From: Basidiobolus meristosporus CBS 931.73
Taxonomy: Eukaryota > Fungi > Basidiobolomycota
Length of the DNA stretch: 64,000 nucleotides
Direction: 5' to 3'
NCBI GenBank assembly: GCA_002104905.1
Contig: MCFE01000458.1
Span: forward strand, 1 to 64,000
Of this stretch, positions 36,485 to 49,834 are shown piece by piece (the stretch's first letter is position 1; each line of letters starts with the position of its first letter). The notes under the pieces are model-generated. The model saw nothing but the letters and a program-made list of their open reading frames with translations, did no database searches and was not told where the DNA came from. A program made the translations under genes and the position numbers.

Positions 36485-39400
36485 GCGCAAATAAGAAGGA
36501 AGAAGAAAATACTTCAATAAGCATGATAACCTAAAAAGGAGGTACCCAAGACTCTACAAAGGCTGCAGTCACCTGTCTTGTAACTGCTACAAAAGGAAAG
36601 GACACACATCAGAACGGTGCTTCAAGAAGAAAGATAGTCAGCAGAAAAAGCCTGAATATGGAAATGCTGCAACAACTGAAGTTAGACTATTCATATCTGC
36701 ATTGAATATGACCACAAACAAGGATTCTCACACATGGTATACTGGCTCTGGAGCATCGCAACACTTTACACACCAAAAAGAACTTTTTACCCAATATGAG
36801 GAAATTCCAATTAAGAAGGTTTTCATTGGTGACAGTAAAACACTTGATGCAGTGGGAGAAGGAGCTATCTCAGTAAACCTTTGAAGCAGTGAAGGAAGCC
36901 ATACACTGACTTTCAAAGAAGTACTCTATGTACCAGAAATAGCTAAGAACCTACTATACAGAGCAGAAGAACTCAGTTTCAGCTTCAACAATTCTGGATG
37001 CAAGATCACTGATCAAAATGGTTCCCATATTACTTCAGGTATCAGAGATCAGAATCTATAAAAGTGGACTTATATTCCATCATATTTGGAAGCCAATATA
37101 AGTAACTTAAATGAAGAAACACCAATGCTTTGGCACAGCAGATTTAGGCACATCAATTTTGATTCTTTTGTGCAAAATGATCAAAGATCAGCTAATATCT
37201 GGAGTAAAAATTGATCCCCCAGCTAATTTGGAGCACTGTGAAGCCTGCATATATGGGAAACAAGCCAGACAACTGTTCAAGAGCTCTGGGTTGATCAAAA
37301 CTTAGAAAAAATTAGATCCAATTCACTCAGATCTGTGTGGACCTATGCAAAATTTAACCTTAGGCAGGATGAAATATTTGAGCACGTTTATTGATGATTA
37401 TACAAGATACAGATGGGTCTAAATCATGAAGAGAAAGGGAGAAGCTCTGTCTAAACTCAGGAAGTTTAAAGCCATGGTGGAGAGAGAACCTGGTGAAAAA
37501 GTCAAGAAAATACGCTCTGAATATGGTGGAGTATATACCTCAAAACTCTTCATCCACTTCTGCAAAATTCATGGGATAAAGCAAGAGACCACTGTACCAT
37601 ACTCCCCACAGTAAAATGGTGTAGCAGAATGTTCTAACAGACCAATAATTGATATGGCAAGATCTAAGATCCATGATCAAAAATTATCCTATGATTTTTG
37701 GGCAGAATCAGTTGCTGCTGCTGTATATCTTGAAAATAAGTGTTATAACAGAATACTTTGTGATTCTACTCCATTTGAAGCATGGTATGGATACAGACCA
37801 AATGCAGAACATCAAAGAATATTTGGATGTACAGCATATGCCAAGATACTGCCAGGAAATCAGTCATAATTTGAGCCAAAAAGTGTAAAATGCATATATT
37901 TAGGTTACTGCAATGAGAGTAAAGCATACAGACTCTACAATACTAAAGCAAAGAAGCTGATCAAGTGCAGGGATGTGTTGTTTGATGAAAATTCAGAATT
38001 TTTACAAGAAATGACTTCAGATGATGACAAAAATTTGATCCCAATTCCACCAATTGACAGGATTGAATCAGAGCAAAGCAATTAAAATTTTTCACTCCAG
38101 AGAACTTTACAACTGTGGTTCAGCCAGAACCAGTGCCCAGGAATATCCCAGAAGTGATCATTCCAGTATCAAATGCATGGAGATCTAATTGGACAACAAA
38201 TAGCCCAAATTACTATATCAATGAGGGTACAAACTTAGCCTATGCCAATTCAGTCCATATTAATGAGCTCCAGACTGCAAAAGATGTCCTAAATAGCCCT
38301 CAGACAAAGTTTTGGAGATCTGCAATGACTGAGGAATATCAGGCCCTGATGGAAAATCAAACTTGGGACTTGGTCAAATTTCCAGACAGGTCTTCAAGAC
38401 AAAATACAAGGCTGATGGTACAATTGAAAGACACAAAGCAAGACCTGTGGCCAAAGGATACTCTCAACCAAAAGGACTTGACTATACTGAGACCTTTGCA
38501 CCAGTTGCCAAGTTTAGTTACATCAGATTACTGTTGGCTATTGCAGCCAAATATAAGTTTTTTATTCATCAAATTGATGTAAAATGCATTTTTGAATGGA
38601 GAACTTGCTGAGGATGTGTATATGGACCAGCCTGATGGGCTTGTTGACCATGATAACCCCCATTTGGTCTGCAAGCTTAAAATGTCACTCTATGGTCTCA
38701 AGCAATCACCAAGTGCCAGGAGTTGCAAGATAGATTCTTATTTGAGATCTTTGAGTTTCAAAAAGAGTAATGCTGACTATAGTATATACTACATGCCAGA
38801 TAGAGCAATTCCATTTCTATTAGCTATGTATGGGATGATCTTATTATAGCCACCAATGACCTAGAAACATTGGAAGAGACTAAATCCAGCCTATCTAATG
38901 AGTTCAAGATGTCCAATCTAGTTGAACCTAGTTACTACTTAGGGATTAAGTTCTCCATAGACCAAAGTACCCAGACTATTACCCTAAGCCAATCCAAGTA
39001 TATTCAAGATATCCTAAAGAAGTACCAAATGGAAGACTGTTAATAGGCAGCTACCCCAATGGAGATAAACCTTGACTTAGTCAAAACTCAACCAAATCAA
39101 GAGAGCTTGGTGCCATCTGAAAGCCCTGACTTTCTTTATCTACCTATAGTTGGCAGTATGATGTATTGCATGCTTGGAACATGTCCAGATATCTCATATT
39201 CAGTGGGAGTTGTCAGCCAACATAATCAGAACTATGCATCTGATCATATTGCAGCAGTTAAGCAGATACTTAGATACCTAAAAGGAACTGCTGATACCTG
39301 CTTAAGATTCACTTATAAATATTCAGACCAGGATCTTATGGGATACTCTGATGCAGATTAGGGATGAAATTTGGAAGACAGAAGATCCTCCACAGGATAC

Positions 39401-39818
39401 CCCTTTCTTTACTGTAAAGGAGCAATTTCATGGAATTCCAAAAAGCAACCAACCATAGCACTTTCTACTACAGAGGCACAGTACATGGCAGCCTGTAAAG
39501 CTACAAAAGAAGTAATGTGGCTAAGAAAGCTTTTTACAGATTTAGGCCTATGTCAAAAGACACCTGTTACTTTACTTCAAGATAATAAGGATGTATACAA
39601 CTAGGTAAAAATCCAACTTTTCATGCTAGAACTAAGCACATAGATAATAGACATCATTTCATATGTGAAGCTATAGAGAATAACTTAGTTAGCTTAGTTT
39701 ACTGTCCTATATATGAAATGATTGCAGACATATTCACCAAACCATTTGCTACAGACAAGTTTGAATATCTTAGGTCAAAATTAGGTCTAGTCAATATGAA
39801 AATTTAGCTGAGTGGGAG

Positions 39819-40166
39819 TGTTGTAAAAATTTGTAATTCCACCTAAATACTCACCTAACTTAGTCACTTAGATCATTACCCTCAAATCCTAGAAAAACTG
39901 ACCAAATTCCTTGTTAGGATTTACTTAGAATATTATCACCAAAATACCAGGTACCCAGAACATGAAAATTCTCAAAGTTGTCAAAGCAGGCCCAAACTTT
40001 GCACACAGGTTCCTGGGACCTTCCTTAGCCTATTCTGCTGGTTTGTAATGCCAAGACCATGTAAAAGTATGAATACTACATTCACATTCAATAAATCATT
40101 GAGTGAAAACCACATAATCTACTTATTCTCCCAATCACTTCCAATATCTCCAAGACTCTTACATCA
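39819..40166 (+). repeat. Copia B 3' LTR
   Basis: TGTTGTAA...TTACATCA, preceded by PPT. Confidence 0.92.
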
Positions 40167-41659
40167 AAGTATGCATTTTACGCTGGCTCAATTATGACTA
40201 ATTTCCAGGCAGCTTTTTGGCATATTTGGTACACCCAAATATTCTTAGATGATCTGCACTTGGTCTGTATTCTTACCATGCTTCAAATGGAGCTGAATCA
40301 CAAAGTATTTGGATATAACTCCTATTTTTATTGCATGCAGCTGTGGCAACTGATTCCACGCAAAAATCAAAGGATAAATTTTGATCATGGATCATACATC
40401 TTACCTTAAAAGTTATCAATCTGTTAGCCCATTCTGCTACTCCAATTTGCTGTGGGAAGTATGGTACAGCAGTCTCTTACTTTATCTCATGAGCTTTGCA
40501 GAAGTGGATGAAGAGCTTTGAGGTATATTCTCCACCAATGTCAGAGAGTATTTTCTTGATTTTTTCACCAGTTTCTCTCTCCACCATGGCTTTAAACTCC
40601 CTGAGCTTAGATAGAGCTTCTTCCTTTCTCTCCGTGAAGTAGACCCATGTGTATTTTGTATAACTATCAATAAAAGTGCTTAAATACTTCATCCCACTTG
40701 AGAATAAATTTGGCTTAGGTTCACACAGATCTGAGTGAATTAGACCTAATTTTTCTTGGTTTTGATTAACTCAGAGCTCTTGAACAGCTGTCTGGCTTGT
40801 TTCCCATATATGCAGGCTTCACTGTGCTCCAAATTAGCTGGAGGAACAATTTTTACTCCGGAAATTAGCTGATCTTTGATCATTTTGCGCAAATACTCAA
40901 AATTAATGTGTCCAAATTTCCTGTGCCAAAGCATAGGTTTTTCTTCATTTAGTTACTTATATTGGCTTCCAGATATGATTTAATATAAGTCATCTTGTAT
41001 AGTTTCTGATCTCTGATACCAAAAGCAATATGGGCACCATTTTGATCAGTGATCATGCATCCAGAATTGTCAAAACTGAAACTGAGTCCTCCTGCTGTGG
41101 CCTTGCTTACAGATAGTAGGTTCTTGGCTATTTCTAGTACATAGAGTACTTCTTTAAAGGTCAGTGTATGGCTTCCTTCACTGCTTCATAGGCTTACTTG
41201 GATAGTTTCTCCTCCCACTGCATCAAGAGTTCTGTTGTCACCCATGAAAACCTTCTTAATTGAAATTTCTTGATGTTGGGTAAAAAGTTTTTTTGGGTTT
41301 GTAAAGCATTGAGATGCTCCAGAGTCAATATACTGCATCTGAGAATCCTTTTTTGTGGTCATGTTTAGTGCAGATATGAATATTCTATCTTCAGTTGTTG
41401 CAGCATTTCCAAATTCAGGCTTCTTTTGCTGATTATCTTTCTTTTTGAGACACCGGTCTGATGTGTGTCCTTTCCTTTTGTGGTAGTTGCAAAACAGGTT
41501 GCTGTTATCTTTGTAAGGTTTTGGGTACCTCCTTTGTTAGTTATTGTTGTTTATTAATGCATTCTCTTCTTCCCTCTTATTGGTGCTTGATTTTCTTAGT
41601 TTTTTATCCAGGGGCCTTCCATATATGTATTTAAGGTTGAATCTTCAGTTCTAGGGCTA

Positions 41660-42250
41660 AGCAGCTCATTTCTATTAAGACAACTTAACCAGAGTGTGCC
41701 AGGTTTCTCCTGAGTGCAAGACAATTTCTACACCATTCAGCACAGAACTCATACAAAAAAGAAGCAGAGTGCACCTATATGGGGGACAAGAATCCACTGT
41801 GGAGAAGGAGTAAATTGGCTGAGTACCAAAAAGTATTCCGTGGATATTCAAGAGTTGGACATGACAAATGTTGGTGGCAACCAAAAACATGCTGGCAAAA
41901 TATGTATGTTACAAGCAATATAAGGTATACAGCAACTTTGCAAGTATTGCACTGAAAAGCCCTAAAGTTGAGGTGAGGGAAGTGTGTCAATTGCAGGGGG
42001 GGTGCATGTTTGTGGGGGTTAGTAATCAGGAGGCCACAGTGTCTTTTGATTCAATCTGTATGTGGAATACTCATGATAGTAGTGGGTAAGCCAATAAATA
42101 GGAGTGATTCTGCAGTGATATGTATAAGGCATGGGGGGAGGATGAAAAAGGAAATACCATTTGGTAAATTGGTAAGGTAGCACTGAGCTAGCATGACAAG
42201 CAAATGTAACTACACTGTCAAGGCAGCAATCTCCTTTTATGCTTGATTGA
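41660..42250 (+). pseudogene. CMC transposase C-terminal fragment
   Basis: MLVATKNMLAKYVCYKQYKVYSNFASIALKS homologous to 18889-19080. Confidence 0.8.
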
Positions 42251-43876
42251 AGTGAACACATTGCTTCAACAAAGCAATAAATAATGTGCCACACACTCCA
42301 CATATTTGTTGAGCATGATGTACCCCAAGATTGAGTGGGATCCATTGGCACCAAAATTGGGTGTGAGAACTGCTTACTGCAAAACTTCACTGAGCCCTGA
42401 CAAGCAATTGTTGTCAGCTCAGGCTGGCTTGAGTCTCACTTAGGAAGCCGTTGAATTGTCCAAATACAGGTAGTTCACGAAAGCTGCCGGGGTCTTTGCA
42501 TCTGTGGATAGGGCAATAGAGTCTTACTGCGAAGTTACATGGCAGACATGGCTGGTACAAGATCTCCCTGTGTGGGGAGTACATAAAGTTGAAGCGACGT
42601 AATTCACACGACTTTATATACGATCTGATCCTTATAAACCCAAGCCAGGGCACATGCTGCACAATGCAGGATTAGGCATTGTATTTGGCGTTGAGGTATA
42701 TTCTACACAGGTGAATTGGAGACAGAGTGATGGCTCCCCAGCAATTAGCATAGAAGGTAACGACACTCTTGGTAGCCTACAGATGCTTGGACATGAGGCA
42801 GGAGACGGGACCCAACAAGGGACACCGAAGAAGGCGCGCGGAAAACCTTCCCGGGTAAGACGGGCCGTGCGTGTTCAGATCCCAACTGGGTCTACGGTGG
42901 ATCCATGAAAACCAGGTTAACACCAGACATGGGACCACCCCCCCTTCTACCATACCGAAGTCCGCCACATCCTTGGCCCTAGCTGACTTGGCCCGACCCC
43001 GGGATGACCAACCAGGAATAAGCAGCACGGGCTCTGTGGGCCTGTCTCATCGAGCAACTTGAAATACGGTGGTGTATCGTTGCAGTTACAGTTCCTTCCG
43101 TGACACCAGATGGATCACCAATCCCTGTCCCCCGATAGGGATGGGGAATCGAGCGACCTGATCTGGCCCAGAGATGGGCAAGAATCTCGTGGCCAACCCA
43201 TGCAGCATAGATCAGCGCACCTCAACACTGATCCCCAAATCTATCCAGGGTGACCGTCACCCGCCATCGAAGCTTCCCACCAGTCGTGATGGGTATTGCC
43301 CAACGTCGGACAATCCCCGTTCCCCTGGGGGACAGGGTAAGCGAGGCTATGGTGAAGTAGGTGGGAAAACGCGTCGAACGGGTTTGCCCCCGAGCAGGAG
43401 TGAGGACTTGGCCAGGTTGGGCTGGACATTCACATGGCGCCAAACACGAGCCCATTCCTCCACCAGGATCAAGAGCCGCGACCGGCGAGCTGTGCGATCG
43501 ACCTGAGGCTCGCTGGAAATTCCATCTTCCCATTGCCCTTTGTGTCCACTGCTGCGTAACCTCGGCCCACCGGTAGACAGCAGGCTCACATGAAGACATC
43601 CACCGTACCTCCAACACACATCTCCAGGCCTGACCAGGATTCCAAGGAGCAGCCGAATGGAGCCAGACGGTGGTGCGCCATCAGGGGATCCGGTCGGGAG
43701 CCACCTCAGTGTCACGAGGCAACCAGTCGGTCAGGTAAGTGTCAGGATGGAGTACGCACGGGAAATCACGTCCAGATCAGGTTACTTTATTGCAGACCAC
43801 GGGAACAAATTCACGCTCAAAATGATTAAGAATACTACTAGCAATCAGATGACTAAACAGGCAGCCTAGGAAGCGT

Positions 43877-44530
43877 CTACTGCATCATGTAGGCGACCAA
43901 GGATGCGGGAAGGGCGACAAGCACGCTGGAGATGGCCAACTGGGCTGAGCCGCTCTTGGGCTCTTGCTTGTTTTGGGGGACGGGGGACGGTTGGGAGGGG
44001 AGAGCAACACTCTTGGTGTTGGGCGCAGTGGAGACACTGGGAGTTTGGGCGATGCTGGTAGAGGTGGCTGATTTAGAGGGGCTAGCAGTGGGGGAGGCGG
44101 TGGACGAGGCAGAGGTACCGTTGTTACTGGGGTTAGTGATGGTGAAGTAGTGGCTGTACTTATCATTGCCAGCGAAGACGGTGTAGTTGACACCGGCAGC
44201 GATGCTGGCAGGCACAGCCCACTCGTATTTTCCAAGGTTGATGTCCACTCCAGAAGCAATGACGGTGGTGGTGCCGAGGTTGGTGGCAACACCGTACTTC
44301 AAGGTAAGATCGATCTTGTCGGGAACTCCAGTCTTGTCACCAACAATCCTATGCACAAAAGATCAGTAACCCTGGGGAGTGTCGACCGCGGGGAAAAAGG
44401 ATTACCAGGTGATGGTGGCGTTGGAGCCGGCCTTCCAGACGGTTCCATCCACAGGGCTGGTGATGTTGAAATCAGCAAACACGGAGGAAATCAAAACGGC
44501 AAGACCGACAAGAGACTTGGAGAACATCAT
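43877..44530 (-). CDS. GPI-anchored Ser/Thr-rich cell-wall protein (Kre9/Knh1-like N-terminal Ig-like domain), 198 aa, 2 exons
   Basis: Signal peptide MMFSKSLVGLAVLISSVFA, ITSP...W.AG...TITW motif, in-frame GT-AG intron 44349-44405, S/T/P stalk, SGSA followed by a hydrophobic C-terminus. Confidence 0.88.
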
Positions 44531-44575
44531 TGCGTAGTATGAGGCTTGGGTGTGGGGAAGAGGGAGGGGGTTTCG

Positions 44576-44583
44576 CTTAAATA
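44576..44583 (-). promoter_or_regulatory. TATA-like box of the GPI-protein gene
   Basis: TATTTAAG about 45 bp upstream of the ATG, followed by a pyrimidine-rich leader. Confidence 0.4.
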
Positions 44584-46979
44584 CACCGAGAGCGGCCAGG
44601 ACTTCCATTCATTGCTGGCGGTGGAGTGGTACAGACCACCAATCTAGCTTGACTTCGAATGGCGGTAATGAAGGTATAGATGAAGGCCAATATCGCTCGC
44701 AGGGACAGCATTGGTGGTGTAACGGTCGTCTTGCACTCATTTAGTGCATCTAATAAACGGATCTGGTTGATTACTTGCAACCAGCCAGTCACCGCCCGGC
44801 TACCCACAATTAAGGTTACTTTGATCGACCTATGGAATAAACAACTCCAACTGTGGGACATCTCATGTAGGCAGATACCAGCAGGAGCTGCTGCGCAACC
44901 TCCCTATTCACTGAAATTAACCCGGATGCAATCAACCCCCTTGCCAATTCCAGCGATTTCCAGATCTCATCCGAGCTGATCCTGCCATGTCCGCATCGAC
45001 CAGGATCCGCTCACACCCTGGGCGCTAATAGCGTGCCCTCCCCCCGGTCACGTGGCTGGCGGGAATGGAGCCACCTTCAGCCAGAGCAGCGATCTCGTTT
45101 TCAACGGCCGACCGCATGTCAGATTTGGGCATCTGCAGGCGAGCGTTGCACAAGATTTATTGTCTGGCCTGAAGCACCTAATGCTTGATGCAGATTCGTC
45201 CGTCGACCCACCCCAAATGTCGTTGTACCAAGTGAGATGATCTTTAATTTCCACCTGTTGCCGGCAAGTGGCTTCCTTTCGGACGAGAGGCTAGCCATGA
45301 GTCAAGCAGAGGCAGCCGAGCATGAATCCAAGGTCGGCATGCTAGACATGGGGTCGCTCCTCTAAGCTCCTGGCAAGGTCATCATTACTAGGCTACCCTC
45401 CGCTGTGGCCATCCATGGGAGCGTTTGCTTCCGAAAGCGAATTCTCCATCTTGGCAAGAGGCCTCAACACACATTGCTTGGACTTCCAAGGGGGATGCTG
45501 GCAAATGGGCGGAGGGAGGTAGCCATTCGCTCGAGGGATTACGACACCATCACAGCCCATAGGGGCCAGTGAAATCCGGCTGTGACAGGGGGAGTTTTTT
45601 TCCGGCTGCTGGCAGTGGTTGAGGATGATCCAGCTAGTGTTTGTGCTGGCCTGTAGCTGGTGATCATCGATGTTTGTGATGAGCCAAAATGATGTCTGTC
45701 ATGATGTTTCCACTCATGGAGCAAGTGACTACTGGTCGGACTGGTTAACCCCATTTCCCTCGCCCTCTCCTCTCCTCTCCTCTCCTTGCCCCGCCCCGCC
45801 CTAAAACCAATGGGGGCTGCGACTGGATTCGCTGGAGCCTGTTTGCACTCAATTTAACCAGGCCAACCGCTCTATTTCAGATCGCCAGTTAGGTCATGGG
45901 ACTGCTTGCAGCTGTGTGCCATACCGTTCCACCGCTATAGAGTGTTAGCTGGAAGCCCGTGGCAACCTCGGCTCTTCGGTCGGACTGTGGGCTCGGCTCT
46001 CTTGCACCTTCAGCCTAGCTTCGACTAGGCTGTCATGGGTGGAGTGGGTGGTCTTTCGGCCAAACCTAGCAGCGCCATGTTTGTGTTGAGGGATCTATTC
46101 AGTACCTTGTGAGGCTCAGCAAGAAATCCCAGATATCCACTGATGAATGGGAAGTTTTCCACTTTGTCCTCTTTTGGTCGTCCATCATTGGCGGACATTG
46201 ATTTGTTGTGCATGCATGTTATTATTGATCTCTTGGTCTACCGTTCGTATTTGGCCCAACTCGGAGATTCGACTCCCACTGGCTAAGAGTGCTGCTGGCT
46301 GATGAAATGTCCCCATAGTCGGGGTATTCGAATCCACGAATGCAACCTCGAGGGCATCGTTCGAGTCGTAAACAGATCGTACTCGCAAAGCAGTGAAAGC
46401 TTTGTTGTTGGCTTTGCCTGCAGTTGCTTGTAAGCAGTAGGTCAGATGGAAGGAACATCCAGCAATCAGTTTGGATAATTGTTTGTTGCTCCTTTTGTTT
46501 GCGTTAGATTCAACACCAATGGTCCCGTCAACAAGGCTTTTCGGTGGTTTCAAAGTCTGCTGCATCGTCTGGGGACGATGAGACTTCTTCTGGTTTGAAA
46601 TCACTCTGTGTCACAGTGATGTAGGTAGGGAGAATCGCCTGAAGCAGGCTACGAAATTGGTTTCCATGTAACGTTGTCAACTGGCAAATGCGAGTGGGAC
46701 GTTATTTACGCATTGTGCTCATAGAACCCATCATCAGTGCAAACCATAAATAGCAATCCTTTGCATCTCAATTGTAGAATGCAATCACCGCATTTGGTCG
46801 CACGCAGATGACATGGATGTTGATTTGTTGTTCCATCTATCAGGAATTTTCTATACATCACAGTCTTAACCCCGCTTGCTTAACCCTTGGTACCCCCTAG
46901 CTTATTCCAAAGCACGTTCACTGCTTTACCCATCGGAACTTCGTATCTGCTTTCTACTAATTTGACTTATGGAGTGGCT

Positions 46980-48290
46980 AGTTGGGATCAAGGTATTGCA
47001 GATCTGGAAAAAATTGTTAATGGGTAATGAGGGCTGCATATCATATAGACAATCCAATTACTTGTGGTGTAGGATTATGTGCAAGAGCAGTTTGTTAAAA
47101 TTCACATGAAAATCATGTTCTGATTCTGCATTATGAAGACTATTGATATTTACTCCAGAAGGCAGAAAGCAAGGTGTGTTCTTTTGCTGGCATCCTTGGA
47201 CATGCAATTTTGTCCAATTCTTCTAATCCTTTTCTTTGTGGTTTTCATTAACCCATATAGAGGTATGCTGGGAGATGCAACTCTTGTCCTCTCAGAGCTT
47301 AATGCTAGCAATATTCCATTCAGATGTCATATACCTTACACTAGAGCTATTGGTGCACATAGCCATGCCTCAAGAGAGAATGTTAAGAAAAGGTCAGCAG
47401 AATACCACAACAATATCAGCTGAATTACAAGTTTTTCAAAATATCTTTTGAGTTGCCACCATTATTAGTAATTTAAATCATGAGAGAGCTGGATTTTGGT
47501 GCCAAATGATGCTGTATAGCTTTTATTGACAGATAGTCTTGTCTACCTGTGATTGTTACATTTTGAACATCAACCTCATTACTGTATTGGCTTAATATGT
47601 TTGGATTCCATCTTCACACTCAAATAGTAACTTCTCAGAATCTACAATTGAATAGGTGTCTCTGAGTTAATGTACTTGTTTCATCTCCCTGGCAGGAGTT
47701 CCATATGAGAAATCCCAAACTTGGTATTGAAGCCATTTCCAGCTGGCACTCAGCTGGTACATTCATGATATTTTGCTGTCATTCAGTTGGTGTTTTTCCT
47801 TGAAATCTTCAGTGGGAATATCTTTAGGAAGTAGTGGGCAGTAGATTACCAAATTTGGTATGAATGTCAGCAAGCCTCATTTCCAATGCAAAATATGTCT
47901 GCTTGTCTGCCCAACAGTCCAAACATTATATATCAAGAGTTCTTGGTTGCACAAAACTTGGAATTCAGTTGATATCATGATGGTATTGTACTAGCCTTTT
48001 CTTAACTTTTTTCTTATGGACCTTGTATCTTATATCATTATTTGTTCACTGACTCTTGAGCATCCAGAGCTTAATGTGACAGTTCAAGGTCTTAGGCCCC
48101 AGCTGGCAGATATTCCATTGGGTCCTGACAGCATTCATATGTATTTTCTTTACCACTGCTCTTGACAAAGTGCTGGAACCTCTGGAAATGTATAGTATTG
48201 TTTCAAAGCTACATAATGGGCACCACCAAAATACCATTGAAATACCAGCTAAAAATCCAATAAATTCCTAATGTGAGATCTTTCATAGGG
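46980..48290 (-). mobile_element. End and interior of an unassigned CCCTATG-terminated element
   Basis: Terminus TTTCATAGGG at 48290, similar to 6393. CpG-depleted interior with no recognisable ORF. Confidence 0.45.
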
Positions 48291-48599
48291 ATCAAATTCC
48301 TAACTTCCTGGTATTGGTACTTTGTGCATCAGTGAAGCTCTTACTGGAATCATAACAGAGTCCAAGATTGCAAAAGTAGCTTTCCAGGAGGTTATTAACC
48401 TTACCCTACAAAAAATTCCAAGCAAAGGCCAGCCATATACTAGCATAATAGCAGGTGAAATATCTTGCTAGTGATGGCTCATAAGGAGGCTGCTGGTTTT
48501 TTGCTGCAGCACCCTTATGCTTGCACCTTTCAAAGTTTCTACAGTACTGGGAGATCTTCTGAGTACACCAATGCTTACCCAACAGATATATGCTCATTT

Positions 48600-49834
48600 C
48601 AAAGGTATTCTGCTATAGCTCCAATTTTCAAGATATAAAACAGCATAACTGATTTCATCTTGACTTTTTTCCACAAGTTTCTCTCTCCACCATAGCTTCA
48701 AGCACTGTATGCTTAGAGGGTGCTTCTGCCTTTCTTTTCATGAAGTAGACTCAAAGTATCCAGTTTTTGCATCATTCAACATACATAAATACTCTAATCC
48801 AGCGATGAGTAAATTTTGGATAGTACCACATAGATATATGTGAGTGAGATCTAGTTTTTTCTTGGGTGTGAGTAACACAGAGCTCATGGGCAGCTGTCTG
48901 GCTTGTTTGTCATATATGCAGGCATCACAATGCTTCAAACATCCAGGGGATCAGTTTTGCTTCAAGAATTTGATGATTTTTGAAATATTTTGTGCAACTA
49001 ATCAAATTGATATATCTAAATCTCCTTTGCCATAGCATGAATATTTCATTATTTAGGTAACTAATATTGGCCTCCAGAAAGGATGGAATATAAGTCAACT
49101 AGTACAGAATCTGAGCTCTGATGCCTGAGGAAATATGAGTACCCCTTTGATCAGTGACCTGCATCCAGAACTGTCAAAACTGAAGCTGTGTCCTTGTGCT
49201 GTGGCCTTTCTGACAGATAACATATTCTTGGCTGTTTCTGCTACATTAAGGAATACTTTGAAGGTAAGTGTGTGGCTTCCTTCATAGCTTCTGATATTAC
49301 TTTTCATAGGGCTTTAAGAAGGATCTCCTCCCATGACAATATAACAAAGGCCTCTTCCCTATAGCTGCATCTTCATCTTCACCTTCCAGACTTACTATCT
49401 AGATCCATCCATCTTCTCAACAGAGGGAGAAATTACAGTAATAGCAGCATATCTCAATCCAGAGGGTGGCAGCCTGGGGCTCATTGCATTTTGGAAAAGT
49501 CTTTGACAATCTTGGAAGTCTTTGGGAGAATCAGTGGATTATGTTGTTTTCACACAACAATTTGTTGAATATAAGTGTAGCATTTGTACCTTTTCATAGC
49601 CTTGGCAAAGCAAGAAAGGAGCATATGCTCAGAGGTCACAACAGCAGGAGTGCAAAGTTTGGGGCTGTTTGGACAATATTGAGGTATTTAATGCTTGAGA
49701 TGCCTGATGTTTTGATGAAAATATTCCCAGTAAATACCAACAACAAATTTGGCAGAATTCTCTAAGACTTGTGAGCTATGATCTAAGTGACTAAGCTTGG
49801 CAAATCTCTTGATGCAGTTACAGAGTTTACAACC
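48600..49834 (-). mobile_element. Copia copy C, old and multiply deleted
   Basis: Diverged LTR (about 49485-49834), remnant ATGAGCCCC PBS, gag start, then protease/pre-integrase and integrase fragments. Confidence 0.8.

Larger units (their letters stand above)
34449..40166 (+). mobile_element. Ty1/Copia copy B, full length but degraded
   Basis: Two LTRs, PBS GGTTATGAGCCC at 34799, gag-PR-IN-RT-RNaseH order with stops and frameshifts, PPT GAGTGGGAG 39810-18, TSD AAATA/AAGTA. Confidence 0.95.
32460..41660 (-). mobile_element. Ty1/Copia copy A, 5'-truncated, interrupted by copy B
   Basis: Minus-strand gag end, knuckle, DSG protease and integrase (40167-41660); RT/RNase H (32852-34448); PPT; LTR 32503-32851. 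Confidence 0.9.

Noticed and set aside
43600-43745. ACTTACCTG on the minus strand resembling the U1 snRNA 5' end
   Set aside because: No U1-70K or U1A loop motifs or Sm site follow; it is simply the complement of a splice-donor-like sequence.
46025-46604. Possible minus-strand gene from three overlapping ORFs
   Set aside because: I could not join the frames with convincing introns and found no domain.
47900-48400. Protein-like minus frame (EFDPYERSHIRNLLDF...)
   Set aside because: It runs straight across the CCCTATG terminus at 48290, so it joins two unrelated sequences.
49290-49311. TTTTCATAGGG (CMC-terminus-like) inside Copia C; a similar 10-mer at about 61334
   Set aside because: The Copia consensus already contains CCTATGAA here, there is no subterminal sequence, and short AT-rich matches are expected by chance.
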